NCBI RefSeq assembly: GCF_006345805.1
Contig: NC_043025.1
Coordinates: 14,260,001-14,324,000 of the forward strand
Direction: 5' to 3'
From: Octopus sinensis
Lineage: Eukaryota
DNA length: 64,000 nt
The notes under the pieces were generated by a model that worked only from the letters and a program-made list of their open reading frames with translations, did no database searches and was not told where the DNA came from. Position numbers and translations under genes: made by a program. Shown here in pieces: positions 60,235 to 64,000 of this stretch; the stretch's first letter is position 1, and each line of letters opens with the position of its first letter.

Positions 60235-61640
60235 GTGGACCCCTCCATGGTAGCTAGACTTGGTAGAAATAACAGCCAAATCTCCCTCACATCACACACT
60301 ACTGTTTTGCGAATAAATCTATGTAGGAACCGATGAGGGAGACCTCTACATGGTAGCTAGACCTCCTAGAAATAGCAGCCAACTCTCCCTCAAATCACAC
60401 CCTACTATCTTATCTATGAACCAGCGAGGGAGACCTCTACATGGTACCAAGACTTGGTAGAAATAGCAGCCAACTCTCCCTCAAATCACACCCTACTATC
60501 TTATCTATGCATATATGTATGAGCCGATGTGGGAGACCTCTACATGGTAGCTAGACCTCCTAGAAATAGCAGCCAAATCTCCCTCAAATCACACACCTCC
60601 TATCTATCTATCTTGTATAGTATGAGCCAATGAGGGAGACCTCTACATGGTACCCAGACATGGTAGAAATAGCAGCCAACTCTCCCTCAAGACATAGCAC
60701 CCTAAATCACACCCTACTATCTTATCTATGTATATATGTAGGCCGATGTGGGAGACCTCTACATGGTAGCTAGACCTCCTAGAAATAGCAGCCAAATCTC
60801 CCTCAAATCAAACCCTACTATCTTATCTATGTATATATGTATGAGCCAATGAGGGAGACGTCTACATGGTACCAAGACTTGGTAGAAATAGCAGCCAACT
60901 CTCCCTCAAATCACACCCTACTTATCTATGTATATATGTATGAGCCAATGTGGGAGACAGACCTCTACATGGTAGCTAGACCTCCTAGAAATAGCAGCCA
61001 AATCTCCCTCAAATCAAACCCTACTATCTTATCTATGTATATATGTATGAGCCAATGAGGGAGACGTCTACATGGTACCAAGACTTGGTAGAAATAGCAG
61101 CCAACTCTCCCTCAAATCACACCCTACTTGTCTACGTATATATGTATGAGCCAATGTGGGAGACCTCTACATGGTAGCTAGACCTCCTAGAAGTAGCAGC
61201 CAAATTTCCCTCAAATCACACCTTACTATCTTATCTATGTATGAACCGAGGGAGACCTCTACATGGTAGCTAGACCTCCTAGAAATAGCAGCCAAATCTC
61301 CCTCAAATCACACCCTATTATCTTATCTATGTATATATGTATGAGTCAATGAGGGAGACGTCTACATGGTACGAAGACTTGGTAGAAATAGCAGCCAAAT
61401 CTCCCTCAAATTACACCCTACTGTCTTATGTATGTATATATGTATGAGCCAATGAAGGAGACAGACCTCTACATGGTTGAGAGACCTGTTAGAAATAGCT
61501 TCGAGCTCTCCCTCAAATCACAATCTACTTTGTAGTATATGTATATATGTATGAGCCAATGAGGGAGGCCTCTCCGCCTCTACATGGTAACTAGACCTTG
61601 TAGAAATGGCAGCCAAATCTCCCTCAAATCATATCCTACT
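60235..61640 (+). repeat. ~100-bp satellite of the family E head, 14 units, with alternating A/B variants
   Basis: gacctctacatggt..agaaatagcagccaa.tctccctcaaatcacaccctac at 60237, 60341, 60432, 60535, 60638, 60754, 60857, 60960, 61063, 61162, 61254, 61357, 61464 and 61576. Confidence 0.92.
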
Positions 61641-61945
61641 GCCTTATAAAAGACAGGATGGTCACATCTGGAACGTCTTTGATAATAGATGGACTGGATC
61701 AGGACTGACCTGGGGCTAAGCAACAAAGGACACATTAGATAATGTAGTCCTAGATACACTATGCCTGAATCAAAGACAGGATGTCACAGCTGGAACATTT
61801 TTGATGATAGGTCTGCAGGATCAGGACTCACCTAGGGCTAAACAGTAATAACAAGGAGGGATACATTAAATAATGTATTCCTAGACACACTCTGCCTAAA
61901 AGAAAGACAGGCTGGCCCCAGCTGGGACTCATCAGGGGTTAAACC
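61640..61945 (+). repeat. Family E tail units (about 2.5) continuing from the last head unit
   Basis: aaagacaggatggtcac..gatcaggactgacctggggcta..cacattagataatgtagtcc. Confidence 0.85.
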
Positions 61946-62199
61946 ACAACAAAAGGGACAACAACAACAACAACAGACACAAAGCCCCCCTCCCTTCCCC
62001 CCTCCCTATATCAGATATTTCTGACAGTTGCTAACTTCTTGGCAGGGAGGTATTTCCTGTCTGTCTGTCTGTCTCCCCACCCACCCTTTCTGCTACCCCC
62101 CCCCCGCTGCGAAGGGTCCCACATATTAACAACTGGTGGTGGTGATGATGATGAGGAGGATGAGGAGGATGTGGATGTGTGTATTTGTTTCTTTTATTT

Positions 62200-63295
62200 C
62201 ATTCATCAGACTCTGGCCACGCTGGAGCAATACTGCCTTGAAGAACATTAGTTGAATCTACTCTGGTACATATTTTTTGTCTTTTTTGTTTTGTTTTTTA
62301 AGCCTGGCTACGTATTCTTTCAGTCTCTTTTTGCCAAACTGCTAAGTCACAAGGACATAAATGCTCTGACACCAGTCGTCAAGCAGTGGTGGGAGACAAA
62401 CACACACACACATATAACAGGCTTCTTTCAGTTTCCCTTTACCAAATCCACTCACAAGGCTTTGATCAGCCCATGGCTATATTAGAAGACACTTACCCAT
62501 GGGACTATGCAGTGGGACTGAACCTTGAACCATGCACCTACAGAACAGGCTTCTTTCAGTTTCCCTCTACCAAATCCACTCACAAGGCTTTGGTTGACCT
62601 GAGGCTATAGTAGAATTTTTTGGCCAAGGTGCCACGCAGTGGGACTGAACCCAGACCCATATGGTAAGGCATATGTGTGGGTGTGAGTGTATGTGTGTAT
62701 ATACATATGTGTGTGTGTGTGTGCGTGCATGTGTGTATGCATGTGTATGTGTGCACATGTGTGTGTATGCGTGTGTGTGTGTGTCTTTGTTTGTTGCTCT
62801 CCATCATTTTGTGACAACTGGTGATGGTTTGTTTATGTCCCTGCCACTTAGTGACTTCACAAAAAGTGACCAACGAAACAACCACCCAACCCCAATCTAA
62901 AGAAGTTGGCCAGTTGGACCCCTAAAAACCATTCCAGACACATTTAGATACAGGCACACACCTGAATGTATCTTGGCTGTGTGGTAAGAAGCTTGCTTCC
63001 CAAACATAGCAATCTGGGTTCAGTCCCACAGTGTGGCACCTTAGGATAGGATCTCCACTTACTTGGGTGAGCCTTTGAGAGTTTTTGGTAGACGGAACTA
63101 AAGAAGCTATCTGTTTGTGAACAAATAAAGACACACACACATAGGAATAGTGGCTGTGTGGTAAGGCTACCAACCACATGGTTCCGGGTTCATTCCCACT
63201 GTGTGGATCTGGGGCAGTTGTCTCCTACTATAGCCTCGGACTGACCAAAGCCTTGTGAGTGGATTTGGTAGACGGAAACTGAAAGAAGCCCATAA
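62200..63295. mobile_element. Cluster of degenerate family A copies (minus 62200-62670; plus 62975-63110 and 63145-63295)
   Basis: Match to the family A head, CORE block and tail. Confidence 0.75.
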
Positions 63296-64000
63296 CATCT
63301 GTGTGAAACAGATAAACAACACACACACATACTTGGAATATATATATATGTATAGAGAGGAAGTGAAGGTAAGGGGTGGGGTTGGGGTGTAGGTGGTGAA
63401 GGGTGTTCAGGGAGGGGGGTGGGGTGTACCAAACATTGGCCACCTACACCACCACCCCCTTCTTTACATTTCACCACCCTTTTCAACATTAGCAGCAGAC
63501 GGGGGTGGGTGGGAGGTTCGAGGGATGGGATTATGGTTTGGATGTTGGAGGGGGGAGTGGATGGGGGGGCGCAGTGGAATGGAGTCAGACGCCTGGGGTG
63601 GCGGCGGTGGTGGTGTTGGTGGTGAGCCTTGGGGGAACAGACAGAGTATGCGGAGGGGAACAGCTCCCTTGATTCTTCAGTTCATCTGAGTCACCACCCT
63701 AGACACACTCCCTCCACACACACACACACACACCTCACACCCCCACCACCACCACCACCACCACCACCACCACCACCACCACCACCACCATCTCCTGTTT
63801 AGCACTTCATAATAATGCATAGGAGATTGTGCTGGTGGTGGCGGTGTTGCTGGCAGTGGTGGTGAGGAAAGCATCGGAGCCTACCTTTTGCTCCTCTCTG
63901 CTCATCCACCCTCTCCTCCTCTTCTGCCTCGTTAAAGAAAGATGATGAAGGGAGTGCGATGCGGGATCTCTGCTCGATCATCACTTCTCCCCCATCACTG

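Noticed and set aside
61905-61940. CTGATGAGTCCC on the minus strand
   Set aside because: The stem is not followed by GAAA; it is a mutated family E tail

Overview
Repeat-saturated, AT-rich animal genomic DNA. The SINE families and (TA)n/(CA)n/(GA)n load look like an octopus or other coleoid cephalopod; this is recalled similarity, not a database result. There is a 100-N scaffold gap at 20795-20894. No complete protein-coding gene can be supported, and nearly every ORF in the track is a read-through of microsatellite or SINE sequence. The only recognisable protein remnants are 3' fragments of non-LTR retrotransposons: a CR1/L2-group LINE (3432-3868 minus, 46561-46780 plus) and RTE-clade LINEs (27522-27705 minus, 39132-39536 plus, 42459-42738 plus). 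The window holds at least six SINE-like families (labelled A, B, D, E, K and R here), three non-autonomous Helitrons, pogo/Tc2-like, piggyBac-like, hAT-like and possible Merlin-like MITEs, and several satellites made from pieces of SINEs. The best lead is two unrelated minimal type-I hammerhead ribozyme motifs. One sits in the body of a tRNA-headed (Pol III) element in partial-tandem plus inverted copies at 36003-37005, resembling a Penelope-type or retrozyme-like system. The other is a near-complete motif on the minus strand at 29360-29397. Other leads: a CR1/L2-like LINE tail shared with SINE A, with compensatory changes in a terminal stem-loop; a higher-order satellite built from a SINE head; and a CpG-rich ETS/AP-1/NRF1 motif cluster overlapping a possible minus-strand exon near 59.0-59.1 kb. 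Coordinates of degenerate repeats are approximate (about 10-20 bp).
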